Shown: one piece after another, positions 26,704 to 43,015 of the stretch
Layout of the letters: each line of letters begins with the position of its first letter
Numbering within the stretch: the stretch's first letter is position 1
Assembly (NCBI GenBank): GCA_965207375.1
Contig: CBDBMG010000002.1
Span: 1-64,000 of the forward strand
Source of the DNA: Nitrosopumilaceae archaeon
Lineage (GTDB): Archaea > Thermoproteota > Nitrososphaeria > Nitrososphaerales > Nitrosopumilaceae
Direction of reading: 5' to 3'
DNA: 64,000 nt
The notes under the pieces: model-generated
Told to the model about the DNA's origin: nothing
Database searches by the model: none
What the model saw: the letters and a program-made list of their open reading frames with translations, nothing else
Program-made: the position numbers and the translations under genes

Positions 26704-28355
26704 CTAAACAAAAACAGCCTGGCTGTAAAAAAAGTGCGAGGCCAATCAGAAGCCACAAATATAAGCGACCAAAAACTCTGATATCAAGTAAGGCCAAGAA
26801 ATTGAACATTTTATTAAGAATCTTTTTACTTGAATGACATACAATAGTTTACAGGGCATTTTCACAACTATGATTGGCTTTGTCACTTGGCCACCTTATA
26901 AAAGATGATAGTGCAAAAAGGTGGCCAAGTGACAAAGCCAATCATAGTTGTGAAAATGCCCTGTAAACTATTGTATGTCATTCAAGTAAAAAGATTCTTA
27001 ATAAAATGTTCAATTTCTTGGCCTTACTTGATATCAGAGTTTTTGGTCGCTTATATTTGTGGCTTCTGATTGGCCTCGCACTTTTTTTACAGCCAGGCTG
27101 TTTTTGTTTAGCATATCACTGCTTTTTGTAAATATTCAAAAACAGATTATATACTATAAACAAGTCCTGACAAGAAACCTTATATAAAGTAGCTATGCAG
27201 AGTAATAAAATTTTAAAGGGGAGAGGAGGAAGTTAATATTTTGGGTATTTCCCTTGTATTCCCCCAAATAACTAATGAACATTATAAAGTATGTGTAATT
27301 ATAATATAATTGTTAGCTATGTAGGTGGAGAACAGTTGAGAACTTCAATGAAGGCTACATCATTGCCATCCTCTACTGTTGATTGATCTACAGGAGAAGA
27401 CAATTAATATTATAGTGCAAAATATTGTGTATGCTAATAGTGACAGTGGTCTCCTATTTATAATGTGTGGCCACTGTTCACCTCTTGTTGTTTGGTATAA
27501 TTATCATGGCACATTAACATGAATGAAATCGTTAAAGGCTAATTTTGATAAACTGAAGTGTCATAATTTCTTTAAACTTATCCTGAAGATTCATATATCA
27601 ATATAGCTTGTGTATCTGAAATTTCATTCAAATGATTTAGAGGGGGTCCGAGTTATGGAAACTATCAACATACAGTGTAAAAGTATCTCTCAAATACATT
27701 GAGGTATTTGCTTTATGCTGAAAGTTGTTTGTCTGGTAGAGCATACATAGGAGAAGTGTTGATACAAATTTGGTTGAAATCCATGCAGAAATGAGTGAGT
27801 TATTAGACAAACAAGTGTATGAACTAAATGAGTGTTTAAATATAAATTCCGGGATTCACGCCAGGGGTCACGCAAGCCCACGAAAAGTGTGCGATGAAAA
27901 TGAAAGAAAGAAAGTAGAAAGAAAAAGAAAACGACGGCCGCGTAAATTTTTTTTTACTGGAAGGAGGACTTTATAAGGCTGTATCAGAAGACTGGCTGGT
28001 TCGATTTCGATGAAATTTGGGTTACTGATTCTACATTAAATGAAGGTACTAATTCTCTAATTAACGAGCGAAAAGGGGCGGGGCAGATGGTTCGTCGTGC
28101 GTTGTCGCAAAACGAGCACATAAAACTCGCAATGGCTGATACTCAGGAATGGAGGCAGCTATTTACTTCATTGTTGGTATATTGATTCTATATAGTAAGA
28201 ACGTACTAGGTCCGTAATAACTAAGCGGTAGCTTTTATGGCGGCTTAGTTACAGCGTCTGCGAATTTTTGAGCGGTACTACCTGTAAATAACTCACTCAT
28301 TCGTCGCGTACGGCTGCTTCTTCTTGGCCTCGCGACTCACTATCGTGAGTCTTGA
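26704..28355 (-). mobile_element. Family A palindrome-terminated element, copy 1
   Basis: 194-bp arms (26704-26897 / 26918-27111) with no mismatch seen, 20-nt loop; reverse complement of 44544-46147. Confidence 0.92.
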
Positions 28356-28399
28356 TAATATTATTAAACTTAATTAAAAGAGCAAAATTAAAGAATCAC

Positions 28400-30026
28400 A
28401 CAATCAAAGTTACTATAATTAGTATACATGTACATAACAAAATGTAGTTACAAGCTAGTTACTGAATCAACACAGTCAAGTATTCCTGTTTCCCTAAATC
28501 CATTGATGATTATATCTGGATTATTTCTTAGATACTCACAGAGTTTGACTAGCCACTTAGCACCATGTGGCTTCATTACTGATAAGTGAAGGTCAACTGC
28601 TTTCTTCTCAGTTTTCCCATTAAGCTGAGAGCAAACAATGCTGGCATACCATTTCTGAAAACTGTTTCGCAAGAATTCCTTAGCCGTTTTATTAACGCTT
28701 ACATCCAAAGGCTGTAATCGGTCTGTACACAGTGCGGAGGGATCAACACAACACTACTATTATTAGCATCCAACAATTTCAATAGCTTTTCCGTACACTG
28801 TCCTTTAAAATTATCGTATAGCAACAAAGCTGGATAGTCAGAAGAAAGCTTCAGCTTTTCTTTCATTTGAGAGAGGTATGGAAAAATAATGCGTAGAATA
28901 TACTCTTCCATTGTGCCCTCATTGGACCAATGATTGGCAGAATAGATTATACTCCAATCTGAAGCAAACTTAAACTTAGGTAAGCACCTGGTGGTCTTCC
29001 CCTGATAAATTATTTGTGACGGAAGGAAGTTGCCAGCCATGGAACAAGCAAACACAGCAGTTATTTGGCGTTTGTCATCTTTTCCATCAATTTCAACACG
29101 TTTACTACCTTCCTCTGCCATGGTCCAAGACGACACTGGAACATAATTAAGCCCAGTCTGGTCCCAGTTGATGATTAACTCGGGTGGCACTTCGTCCATT
29201 CCAACAATACCTTTTATGTCTAGGTGAAATAGCTTCTTTATTTCAGCAAAGTCTTCAACATTTACCTTTGCTTTTGTATTCCCTTTTCTTTTTACTAGAC
29301 CCATTCTCTTAAAAACATACTTTGCCCAGTCCTTTGTGAGAGTAATCCCACCTCCATTGCTAGTTAGAAGATTTGCGTCTTTATTTAATAAGATTCCCTC
29401 TCTAACGGCAATCGCAATGCGAGTGTGTGTTTATAACACAGCCATGTTTTCTCAAATCAGTCAAATACTGTTGAACCTGCTTATCAAGTTAGTCACCAAT
29501 AAGCAATGGTCGGCCTGTTTTACTTCCATGTATTTCATTAACAGCTTAACTAGATCCTTTCGGTCCCTGGGCTTTCAAACTGGATTGATACAGATTCTTT
29601 AATCTTTGGACGGTGGTCTCCTTCAAAGGTAAATCTGGAAATTTCTTCTGGTAATATCGAATTGCTGCCGTTGTACCACACTCCGCTGCGCGCTTTCCTA
29701 TTTGATACTTCTGAGCAGGTGTAAGTGTCAAATAAGGCCCTGGAGTACTACTCGTTTGTTTTTCGAACACATCCGTCACCTTAGCATTTGCTGACGATAC
29801 AGCCGAGAATGGCATATTTTCACTCAACGGTCCATCGGGATCGGGTAAGTCTGGTGTCTGTTTGATAGGGTGAAAGTACTTCAAGATATTCATCGCGATG
29901 GTAGCATGTGTTTACACAATATTTTTACAGATAATCGCACGTTTGTAAAATTTTCAAAGATTATTTGGCAGGGTAAAACTTTTGGCAAATCACTACAAAT
30001 TTGCCAAAATTTTGCACTATACGGTA
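28400..30026 (-). mobile_element. pogo-like DDE transposon (frameshifted), one TIR retained
   Basis: N-terminal HTH (QKYQIGKRAAECGTTAAIRYY), IINWDQTG, LLYDNF, LQPLD-like motif; terminus ...cactatacggTA at 30026. Confidence 0.85.
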
Positions 30027-30037
30027 ATTAAAACTTC

Positions 30038-30302
30038 AAAATTTAAAAAGTGAGTAGGGATCAATCATCTTTCACTGCTACAAAAAGTAAGGAAACAACG
30101 AATAAGATTTTGGCACAAGAGAACACTAAAGTTTAATCCCTACTTTTGGCTTGATCATAGCTAGGTACTAATCTACTGAAATTGTGAGCCAAAAGTAGGG
30201 ATTAAACTTTAGTGTTCTCTTGTGCCAAAATCTTATTCCTTGTTTCCTTACTTTTTGTAGCAGTGAAAGATGATTGATCCCTACTCACTTTTGAATTTTT
30301 TT
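30038..30302. repeat. Divergent family B' palindrome (shorter arms, 35-nt loop 30152-30186)
   Basis: gtgagtagggatc...tttaatccctacttttggct / agccaaaagtagggattaaa...gatccctactcac. Confidence 0.85.
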
Positions 30303-30337
30303 ACATTAAATACTTATAAACATTTTTTATAAAACAT

Positions 30338-30733
30338 TAGTGCTGGGACGAATGTATATTTTCCACATTCGAAGGTTCTATTATTGAAACGAACGAATGT
30401 TCGAATAGTTTGTTTCACTTAATTCGTTTCTTATAAGAACATTTGTTCAGTTTAATAACAGAAAATAGGTTAGAAACTTAAAACTTAACTTATATGGTGA
30501 CACTTTCACTACATAATAAATAAGAAATGTACAGAGATAGTGTCACAACACAAGTTGAAATGTAATTTTCAAACCTCTTCTGAATTTTTGAATCTACAAA
30601 TTAAAAGTAATTACTTAGAACTTATATTTTTACTGTAATTGCCATAGTTATGAAGATTTGGTAAAACAAAACATTTGTTGAAAGTTACTTAACGAACGAA
30701 TGTTCGAATGTTCTACCATTCGTCCCAGCACTA
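30338..30733. mobile_element. hAT MITE
   Basis: TIR tagtgctgggacgaatg / cattcgtcccagcacta; perfect 8-bp TSD TAAAACAT. Confidence 0.92.
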
Positions 30734-31625
30734 TAAAACATACATTCTTACTTGCACACTCAGACCTCACAAACATTAAACAGTAAAACCTAACCTACAC
30801 TCAATCTCACAAAATTAACCTACACTCAATCTCACATATATAATAAACTAACCTAACCTACGCTCAATCTCCCACAATCATTCTCCCATTAACAAGTCTT
30901 TTGAAATGGTCCTATCAAAATCAAAATACACTCCTCAGTTGTACCGCCCCTTCCCCCTGGTGTAGTGACAAAAAATTGTCCGCAACTTAATCGGTGCTGA
31001 ACACACTCACAGGCCCACTGATCTAGACTGCTCAGTGCTCTTTCTATTTTGAGTAACTCATTCTGCCTTAATTCTGCATATTTTCCAGGAACTTTGTTCC
31101 TGGAATGATTTTCCACACGGGGGTCAACACAACACTATATCATCCAACCATCTGATTAAGTTTCTCCTTGATCCAGCAGCATCTGTGCCTAGCGACACAT
31201 ACACAATAATAAAGTAGTTCGTTTGTTAGATGTTTTTCAAGTATTAGCTAGCTGCATGTTTATAAATACATTGAATCCAATGGAAAATGTATATTTTCAG
31301 TAAACCAAAGGCACCCCACGAAAGTCATACAAGAAAGAAGCTATTTGATATAAATTAGAAAGAGGGTGTCTTTCAAGACAATAAACACAATTTTTTGATT
31401 ACTATATACCCAGTATCAAGAGCATAATAATGGCATAACATAATAATGGTGTGTATTATGCACTCTTGGTAGTATGCATATATTCTTATACCTGCGTGGA
31501 TGTGGGGAACGTCGTGATTGGGTGGCCCTACTGTGGCCACTGCTGGCAATCTTAAACATCTATCAATCATGTCATTGCTAGTAAAGAGCACTGCAATAGA
31601 AGGGTCAGGCTCTTGCTTGAGTGAA

Positions 31626-32038
31626 TCTTCAATTGTCTAACAAAATAACGAGGATAACAATACAACTAGAATCCCAGAAACAAACCTTATTGTCAGCCAT
31701 AATGTCAACAAACTCGCAAACTCGACTCAACAAACTCGGCTATCAGTAGGCAGCAGATTGAAAAGAATGTCCAAACCTTAGGATAAATAGAACTGCATAC
31801 TATCCGTTTTATCTAGTAGATTTTCAGATTACCGATAATCACCAAATTGCATAAACAGATAGTATGCAGAGAACCAAAATTTCTATATTTGTTTGCTGTC
31901 TGCTGCCTACTGACGGAATAAATCCTGTCTACTGCCTACTGATCGTTAACGGAGTACTCCATTACAATAATCAATAAGGTTTGTTTCTGGGATTCTAGTT
32001 GTATTATTATCCTCGTTATTTTGTTAGACAATTGAAGA
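31626..32038. repeat. Foldback with ~67-bp terminal inverted repeats
   Basis: tcttcaattgtctaacaaaataacgagg... / ...cctcgttattttgttagacaattgaaga, plus internal cagtaggcag / ctgcctactg IRs. Confidence 0.85.
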
Positions 32039-32299
32039 CCTAGAACCAGACCTAGAACTAGAAACAAGACCTAGAATCAAACTCGACCATTAGCAGCCTG
32101 TTTTGTCGATTATTCATTACAATATTTTTTGGCAAACTTAAACAAAAGAGTGGATTATTAACTCATCAAATGTAACTAGCTCTGTGTGTGTGTGTGCGTG
32201 CGTGCGCGCATACGTGCGTGTGTGGTGGTGTGATTGGTACCATTGTTAAGAATTTTACCATCAAAATAATCAGTTTTACTGGTGTTGTGAAGGGTGCGT

Positions 32300-35200
32300 T
32301 TTTGTGTAGTGGAGCCAGGAGGGGTCTCTTTCATGTAGCAGCACTATATCAGGTGTACAAAATGTGGCGCCTGGAAGATATACTGCTAGTGAGCCATCAT
32401 CAAAAGACAGATTATCTTAATTATAAACTATAACAGTATATGGCTTCAGGTGCAGTGACCATCAAAAGATAAATTATCCAATTAAAAATGACCACACACT
32501 TGAGCAATACCTTCATGCCAACAGTAACAGAAACCATTTAGGAGTACATTCCATGACAAACGATATGTTAACTATAGCTATTATAACTGAAGAATAAATG
32601 TGTACATAATAAAATTTCCAGTAGATAAATTCTATTGATCAATTTAGTCAAGTTGATTCGGAGGTTTTGGTTACTTCACCAAAGTTGGTCAAAACACAAT
32701 TAGATGCTTCTCAACTATCAACAGAGTTGGTTATTCAACCCTCAAACAAAAGCTCCTCAGACAAAACCTCAAACAAAACATTTGTTGTTGTTTTGAAATA
32801 TACAGTTCAAGTAATGCGGGTCACAAAGTGGATAGATGTGCAGGTTCAGGAACAATCAACTGTAATTCATCATAGAGCTGATGTTGCACTTTGTTCCACT
32901 GATACAGAAATTCCTGAACAGTGTAGTGAGCCTAGTATTCCACAGCATCCTCGCACCAGATAAATTTGCAACAGAGCAACTACTTACCAATGATTGTTCC
33001 AGATAGAAATATGATTGGTAATAAACAGTGTGACTTTGCAGATGGAGTTTGCAGTTGTCAAGAATTGAGTAAAGTGCCACTAATGAATAGGGGAACACAG
33101 CCACAAGTGTTCAGAAAAGGAACTGTAGTTGGTCACTTAGAACCAATTAATATTGTGAGCCGTGATGATCCAATTTGGAAGGATTTTTGGGGAGAGTTAC
33201 CTGATTGCAGTGTTGAAGATGTGGTTAGAATGAGAATCGATTGGATCAGTTGCAACAGCAAATTAAAATAAGTGATCATTGTTCAGAGGCTGAAAAACAC
33301 CAATTACTAAACTGCTTACTTGAAAGAAATGAAGTATTTGCACTTCAGATGAAGAATTGGGAGAAACGGATGTAGTTGAACATACAATCAACACATCTGC
33401 CAGTAAAAGAACCACCAAGAAGATTGCCTTATGCATTAAGGAAACAATTAGAAGAAGAATTGGATAAGCTTCTCAAAATTAATTGTATCGAGCCTACTAA
33501 CAGTCCTTATGCATCTCCATAGTGTTAGTGAGGAAACCAGATGGAAATCTGTGACTTTGTGTGGATTATCGCAGCATTAACAAAGATACTATTTTAGATA
33601 GATATCCTTTGCCACGCGTGGATGAATTGCTAGATGCAATTGGAAATCAAAAGGCAATGTATTTCACAACATTAGACCTAATGAGAGGGTATCATCAAGT
33701 CAAAATGGCTGAAGAGTCTAAAGAAAAAACAGCATTAGTGTGTCATCGTGGTTTATACCAGTATTGTAGAATGCCTTTTGGATTAACCAATGCGCCAGCC
33801 ACTTTTCAAAGGTTAATGGATAAGTTATTCAATGGTTGGAATTTTGTGTTCATATATCTAGATGATATTCTAATTGCTTCCAGAAGTTTTTCAGAACACA
33901 TTACTCATATTATGCAAGTACTCCAAAGACTGCAAGAAGCTGGATTAAAAGTAAAGCCATCAAAATGTACATTGGACAAATAAATTACCTGGGATTTAGT
34001 ATTTTAGCAAAGGGAGTATGTCCTACATTCAAGAATGTCTTAGCTGTTAAGGAATTTCCTTGCCCTACCTCTGTGAAAGAAGACAAAAGATTTTTGGGCT
34101 TAGCAAAACTAGACACTTACAAAACATGGGAATCATTTGTAGACCACTAACAGCACTCACCAGAAAGGACAAACAGACTGGTCAGCCAGTAAAATTTGAA
34201 TGGAGTACCCTGTGTGAGGAATCATTCCAAAAGATTAAAGAGATGTTGATCTCTTCACCTGTGCTAGTCCCTCCTGACCTGGATAAAGAGTTTTTTCTGT
34301 GGGTTGATGCAGGTGAAGATAGATTTGGAACAATAATGGAGCAAAATGGTGAGGATGGCTTGAGACATCCTGTGGCTTATGCAAATAGAGCAACAAATGA
34401 AGCAGAGAAGAAATATCCTCCTACTAAGTTGGAGATGGCAGCAATTGTATTTGCTTTATTAAATCATTTTGAAGTATACTTGATAGGACATAAAATAACA
34501 GTATACACTGATCATCAAGCACTTGTTTCAGGATACATGTCATATATATGAAAGGCCAATCAAAGGGATTATTATCAAGATGGTATTTGAAGATTTCTCA
34601 GTACCTTACCTTTGAACATAAACCTGGTAAATCTAACGAAGCAGCTGATGCATTATCACGAGCACCAGTACCAATGGAAACAGCACCTGATGACATAGGC
34701 ATGGTACTCAACTTATACTGAAGAAACATTACTGCAAAGTATTCGGACTCAACAGAGAAATAATCAATATTACAAAATAATCTGGAGAAGAAAATATTGC
34801 CTACAGATACCAAAGAAGCATAACATATTGCTGCTATAGCAAAGAAAGGATACTTTGTACTAGATGAAATATTGTATTATGAGAGTAGTGATGTACCAGG
34901 TAGACGACGTTTAGTGGTTCCTGAGCAACCAAGGTTGTATCTGAAAATCATGATGCTCTATTTTCAGGACATTTTTCAGCTAAAAAGATGTTACAAAAGT
35001 TAAAACAATATTTTTATTGGCCAGGAATGAGCTCAATGATATTTAAGAAGTGCGAGTCGTGTCTTGTTTGTGCAACAACACAAGGTCAAGAAAGAAGACA
35101 AAAGCTGGAGCTACACAGTGTACCAGTTGGAGAACCTTTTGCTTGTATAGGCATGGATTTTAAAGAGATGGATAAAAGTTTTGATAAGAATCGATTTGCT

Positions 35201-35870
35201 TTGGTATTTCAGGATTACCTATCAAAATGGCCGGAGGTCTATCCTGTAGCCGATCAAACTGCATCAACAGTTGCTAAATGTTTAGCAGATCTTATTTATA
35301 GGCATGGAGTACCATCATGACCGTTCCCCAGAATTTTTAAGTTGAAAGATTTACACTAGTAACCTGTGATTCATAGTGAAACACTTAATTGTGGGCTTGG
35401 GATTTGAAATTTCTGATACTCGACATATGCAGGACACATCAAATGTTCTTGAGCATAAAATTACAAATAATGCCGTAAAGCATTAATTAAATTAATAGTG
35501 CCAATAACATGACATTTCCTATTAATTGAAAATTTTCTATAGATTTCCTGCAGCTTTTTAAGGCAGGAAATTTGACTTTTCCAATGATATAGGTACATAA
35601 GATGTGCCCTGTACTTTAGGATTCATTCAGTTCTAGGTGAACTGTTCTACAATAAAGGAAAGGTGCATAAGAATTCCATATGTCTGATGCAGGCCAGGCA
35701 AAGGAAATTTGATGGCTGCATGTCCTGCATATTTCCTTACCTCGCAGACTATAGGAAATGTCTATATTTTTCCAGTGTTAATAGAACACTAAAAACTATG
35801 TTGTCAAAACTAGTAGTAAACAAAGGACGTGATTGGGACCAAGTGTTAGGACCATTTTTATTTGCGTATC
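32300..35870 (+). mobile_element. Degenerate Gypsy/Ty3 element (RT, RNase H, integrase; interrupted at ~35320-35775)
   Basis: Putative PBS TGGCGCC near 32366; DYRSIN, LDLMRGYHQ, MPFGLTNAPATFQ, YLDD, VDAG, YTDH, HHCC, integrase core, NRTLKTML..DWD. Confidence 0.88.
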
Positions 35871-36704
35871 CTTTAGCTACCCATCATTCAATACACAATG
35901 TAAGCATGATTGTTTCACAGATTTCTGCCACATGTGGTATAAATCTTGTCTGTAAACACACAGTACAGTACTATATATAATATGAATTTAGGGAAAATTG
36001 GGGTAACTGCATGCATGGGGCTGGGTTCAAGTGTCAACAGCAAGAATAGATACAGCACATTCATGGACACATTTAACAATATTAACACTTGACACAAGTA
36101 TAACTCTACATCGGTTGCCTATCGCAACAAGAGACAGCATGGCTCTACCAATAAACATACTATCATGTCAGCATATATTAGACATGAATGGCTTCTAATG
36201 GGACACACAATAGCTACGTATATGACTAAATTTTGAAAAACCTACCATCTGCACACAAGTGAAATAATTAGAATATCCAACTTAGCCGCCATATAACTCA
36301 GACCTACAAGCAAACCTTTAAGGGTGAGTGGGTTCAAGTATTTGAATGTTCTTCCTATGAAATTCACACCAATCCAATACAGTGCAGGTTTCAATTACAC
36401 AAGAGCTTCTGCTATGCACATATCATAATGAGTCAAACTGGATGCAAGCCCACCTCATCAATGAGCAACAACTATTAACTGCTGTTAACTGTAAATTATT
36501 AATTGTTAAATATTAAATGTAAATATAAATTGTTAATTGCACACAGTAATCAACAAAATTAATAATCTGTACTAATTCTTGACTGTAATCTGTAAATTAA
36601 CTTAGCTTAGCTAACAGGTCGCAAATCTTCTGTTTGTATAACTTTGGTGGCCCCGGTGATTTTATTGTGTGAGATCTATAGAGATGCTTCCTGTAGGTGG
36701 AAGT

Positions 36705-36965
36705 ACCTTCTTTAATATGTATATTGCAGCCCTGCAGCAACAGTTGAATAAGGTATGCAACAACTAAACTTCTACATATTTACCTGTATGGGGCAATATA
36801 GTGGCAATTCCCACTGCATCATTCTTTTGGCTATTATTTCATTGGATGGAACCTGTTATATTATATCAACAGTAGCTCCAAAATTAGCCTAATATTTACC
36901 ACTGCAGCTGCCTGATGCAGACCCAATATTTTTGCTTTTCCTCTCCGTTGCGAAAGTATTAAACT
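36705..36965 (-). CDS. Cluster of possible small exons of an unidentified gene
   Basis: AG..GT-bounded open segments (LILSQRRGKAKILGLHQAAAV; VPSNEIIAKRMMQWELPLYCPIQ); no recognised family. Confidence 0.3.
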
Positions 36966-37811
36966 ATAATAATAATAATAATAGTTTACATAACTAAATA
37001 ATATACCACCTGAATGTGATATGAAATGAAATGTACAGGCAACATTTCTTGTTTAGCTACACAATTAGCTACACAATTATATGCAATTAGTAAAAATCTC
37101 ATTGCCAGCACTTACATTGGGTGGGGTAGGTAGTCCCTGAAAGATAATTAAATGAAATAAACTGTCTGTGATTACAGTTACAGAGATGCATGCACATATT
37201 AATTTGAGTGTGCATGTGTATATAGTAACTAGTTAAGTTTATTAGAAATCAATGACACTGTGAGAGATATTTGCATATAATGATATAAATTTTTTTGATA
37301 TCATAGCTACAATAGAAGCCTTCTAAAGTCCATATATTACTGCCAGCAGCATGGGAAGCAATAATGTAGTACACAGTGTACACTTAGTTGACTAGATTGA
37401 TCAATGCAGTAGCTACGTACTCCAATGTAGTTACTCAGTCACAATTAAGTGGTATTTAGCTGATCTGGCCCTTTTAATTTCCTCAGTATATGTATGTTCA
37501 CCTCCAATAATATTCCATGAGCAGACAAAATTTACAGGTATAGCTAAGTTTTGTTGCAAGACCAAGACTTTTATTTTGGATTGTGCACTCAAGGGTCAGC
37601 TATACCTGACAGTAGCTAGTAAGTATAGCTATAGTCTGGCATTGCCACACATGTATGTGCTCACTGAGACACTCCCTGTAAAATATTTAATTGATGGAAT
37701 CTTGCAATGTAGCTAGCTAGCAAGTATCTAAATCTAGTTTTAAGTTAAAATTAAAGTATTACTATAGCTAGTTATTTTCACTTAGCCAAACATTTTGCTG
37801 TATAATAACCA

Positions 37812-39010
37812 CTAGCAAGTGTACCTGCTCTGTCGTGCAGGGTATAGGCTGCATAGCTAAATGCATAGTGTTCCCTAAGCTTGTCAACGCTTAACTACGT
37901 AGCTTAAGTCTCCTACCTAGACTACTATATGCCTACCTAGTTTCCTATGCTTTAGTTTTCTAACAGTTCTATGTCACCTAGTCTCCTACGTTACCTAGTC
38001 TCCTATACCTACCTACAGATTCCTAGTCTCTTATGCCTACCTATAAACTCCTATGCATGCATACCTAGTTTCCTAGTTCCCTATACGTTCTACCTATAGA
38101 CTCCTAGTCTCGCTCCTGGTTCCCTATTATAGTTTCCTATGCCATCCTATAGTGTTCTATGTCACTTAGTCTTCTATGCTTACCTATAGACTCTTATAAA
38201 ACTTCATTGTTTAGATTTAACACCTTGTATAGTAGGCTGTACCATAATTAGCAGCCATAAAACCTTGTCTGCATGCCCAGGGGTTTCATTGTTTATTTAA
38301 TGCCTAGTAGGCTGTAACAGCAGCTTTTATTATAGTCTACTGAATAGCCAATGCAGCCATGTATATAGACTTCTATATAATGCTAGTGCTGTTATAGACG
38401 GTCTAGTCTATACCTAAGTAATTGTGTATTCCTGCATGCCACTGTTGAAGTAGCCAGCTGGATTTCTACAATTTCGATCGATGGAAATGCCCACTTATCT
38501 GCTGCAACCGTGGCTTTACCCGTGTTCCAAGTAAGTGTTTTCCTGCATGGTTATTTACATCTGTAGGCAATATGCATTGCTGCATGGCTCTGAATACCAG
38601 TAAATAAATGTTATTACGTGGCGGTCACACATACCTGTAGAAAAACAGCCATAACTCTGTGACCAGATTGGGTACTGACCCCAAGTTTGGATCATTTTGC
38701 TCTTTATTGAATGGTGATTCGTTTGAGCTATGGCATGTTTCCGTGGCTGATGTTTAAGCGAGTCTACACAGATTTTAAAACTTTACATGACCAAAAATGA
38801 TGGCAAAAAGAGCAACACCAGCGTGTCTGAAGTACTCGTGTGCTCAGCAGAGGGGTCTCAGAAACTTTTTAAAACATGCATTCACATGCCAGATACCACA
38901 GCTCTACATAAACCAAGTCCCATGTCGATCCACTGAGCTATTGACATGATGGTCAGACAGACTGACGGACAGACAGACGTCATTTCAGCTTTATATATAT
39001 ATATAGTAGA
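37812..39010 (-). mobile_element. Canonical-type non-autonomous Helitron
   Basis: 5' TCTACTATAT..AAAGCTGAAA plus GTCY repeats at 39010; 3' hairpin cctgc-N8-gcagg then CTAG|T at 37812; a similar 5' end lies near 42751 (+). Confidence 0.65.
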
Positions 39011-40073
39011 AGATAAGTTAATGAAATCTGAAATTTAATAACCTTACAGTAAGCATGATAACACCTTAAGATTTTGTAACTATATAAAACTATATAAGTC
39101 ATTCTTCGAATTACACAAAATGCAAACATAAAATTTAGATATAGCTATTACCTCATTATGCAGATAGCTTCCATCAGTACCTGTTTGGCTACATAAGAAA
39201 GCAAATAACTATTTTTATTAATATATTTACTTACACGTAGCTATGTATATACATTATATAGCATCACAATATATATTTACATTTTGCTTGCATGTACATG
39301 AACAAGATCCTTACCCTTGTGATTCATTTAGATCTTGGTCCTATAAATTGTTGCACATAAAGGCACATAGCTACATACATACACATTCCTACACCAATTT
39401 GTACATATATAGCTACGTAGCTACGGCTACTAGCTATATTGGTGCAGACTTTCAAGGAGTTTCAATTTCTAGTTTATATAGCAATCCACCCTGTAGCTAT
39501 CTACAAGATTAAAGATACATAGCTAGCTATACGTAGCTATTACATGATGCTTCTGTTGCATTATAAAATGATTTTGAGTTGATCATGTATGCCTCACTGC
39601 CAAATATTATTTATCTTTTTAATTGCTATGAGGAGACAGTATTTAGGGGTAAAAGCTTTGTTGCAAGTAGCAAGTTATTATTACCATGCTTGACAGTAGC
39701 CAATCAGCATATAGTCTGGCACTTTATATGTGCTTACAGGGGCACTCCTTCTAAAATATTTATGTAATGTAATATTGCCTATGTAACAAATATCTAAGTG
39801 TAGTTTTTAGTGTAAAGGTATCACAACAACCCATGGATTCTGAAATTCTGGCTGGTTAGTTTGTTTCTCATTGTCAAACATTTTGTTGCACCAAAAATAA
39901 ATATGTGATTAGCTCTGGGAAAACTCTCCACGTTTCACACAGCTTCACTTTTGCCGATTAAATGTAGATGGATCATTGTCTACCGATACGAAAATTTCTA
40001 CAATGTTACATAGAGTGGTAAAGGAGTTATGTGATTTAGTTCCAGTGTGACAAGAAGTACAGCAGTTACTAAC

Positions 40074-42579
<2,506 letters not shown>

Positions 42580-43015
42580 CTGAATATAATATGTACTTAG
42601 CAATAATGCTTCCACCAGAAGTACCCTTACTTGCACAGTAAACACATACACATAGCTATGTTTATTTTATGTATTTATTCAATTTTAGTCACAAAGACAG
42701 GGGTCATACAAAAGGCAACCCAAACATGCGTACATACCAACATCTAGATCTACTATATAAAGCTGAAAAGCCATCTGTCTGTCTGTATGTTTGCAGTTTT
42801 GCTGTGCAGGAGATAACTCAGTAATATCTCCATCAATTGATATCAGACTACATGCCTCAATGTGATAGCAATGTCTATGAGTTTATTTCTAAGACCTGCA
42901 TGTAGTTCAAGCCCAGCTGATTAATCCTAGTGCTAAAGTAGGCCATTTGCAATCATTTTTATATTAAAATCAGTGTAGATTTGCTTCAACATTAGCCTTG
43001 GTAATATGCTATCAT

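Noticed and set aside
26704-27111. Simple TIR MITE or sequencing foldback artefact
   Set aside because: No TSD around the palindrome. It is attached to the same body at the same junction in three copies, each with private variants.
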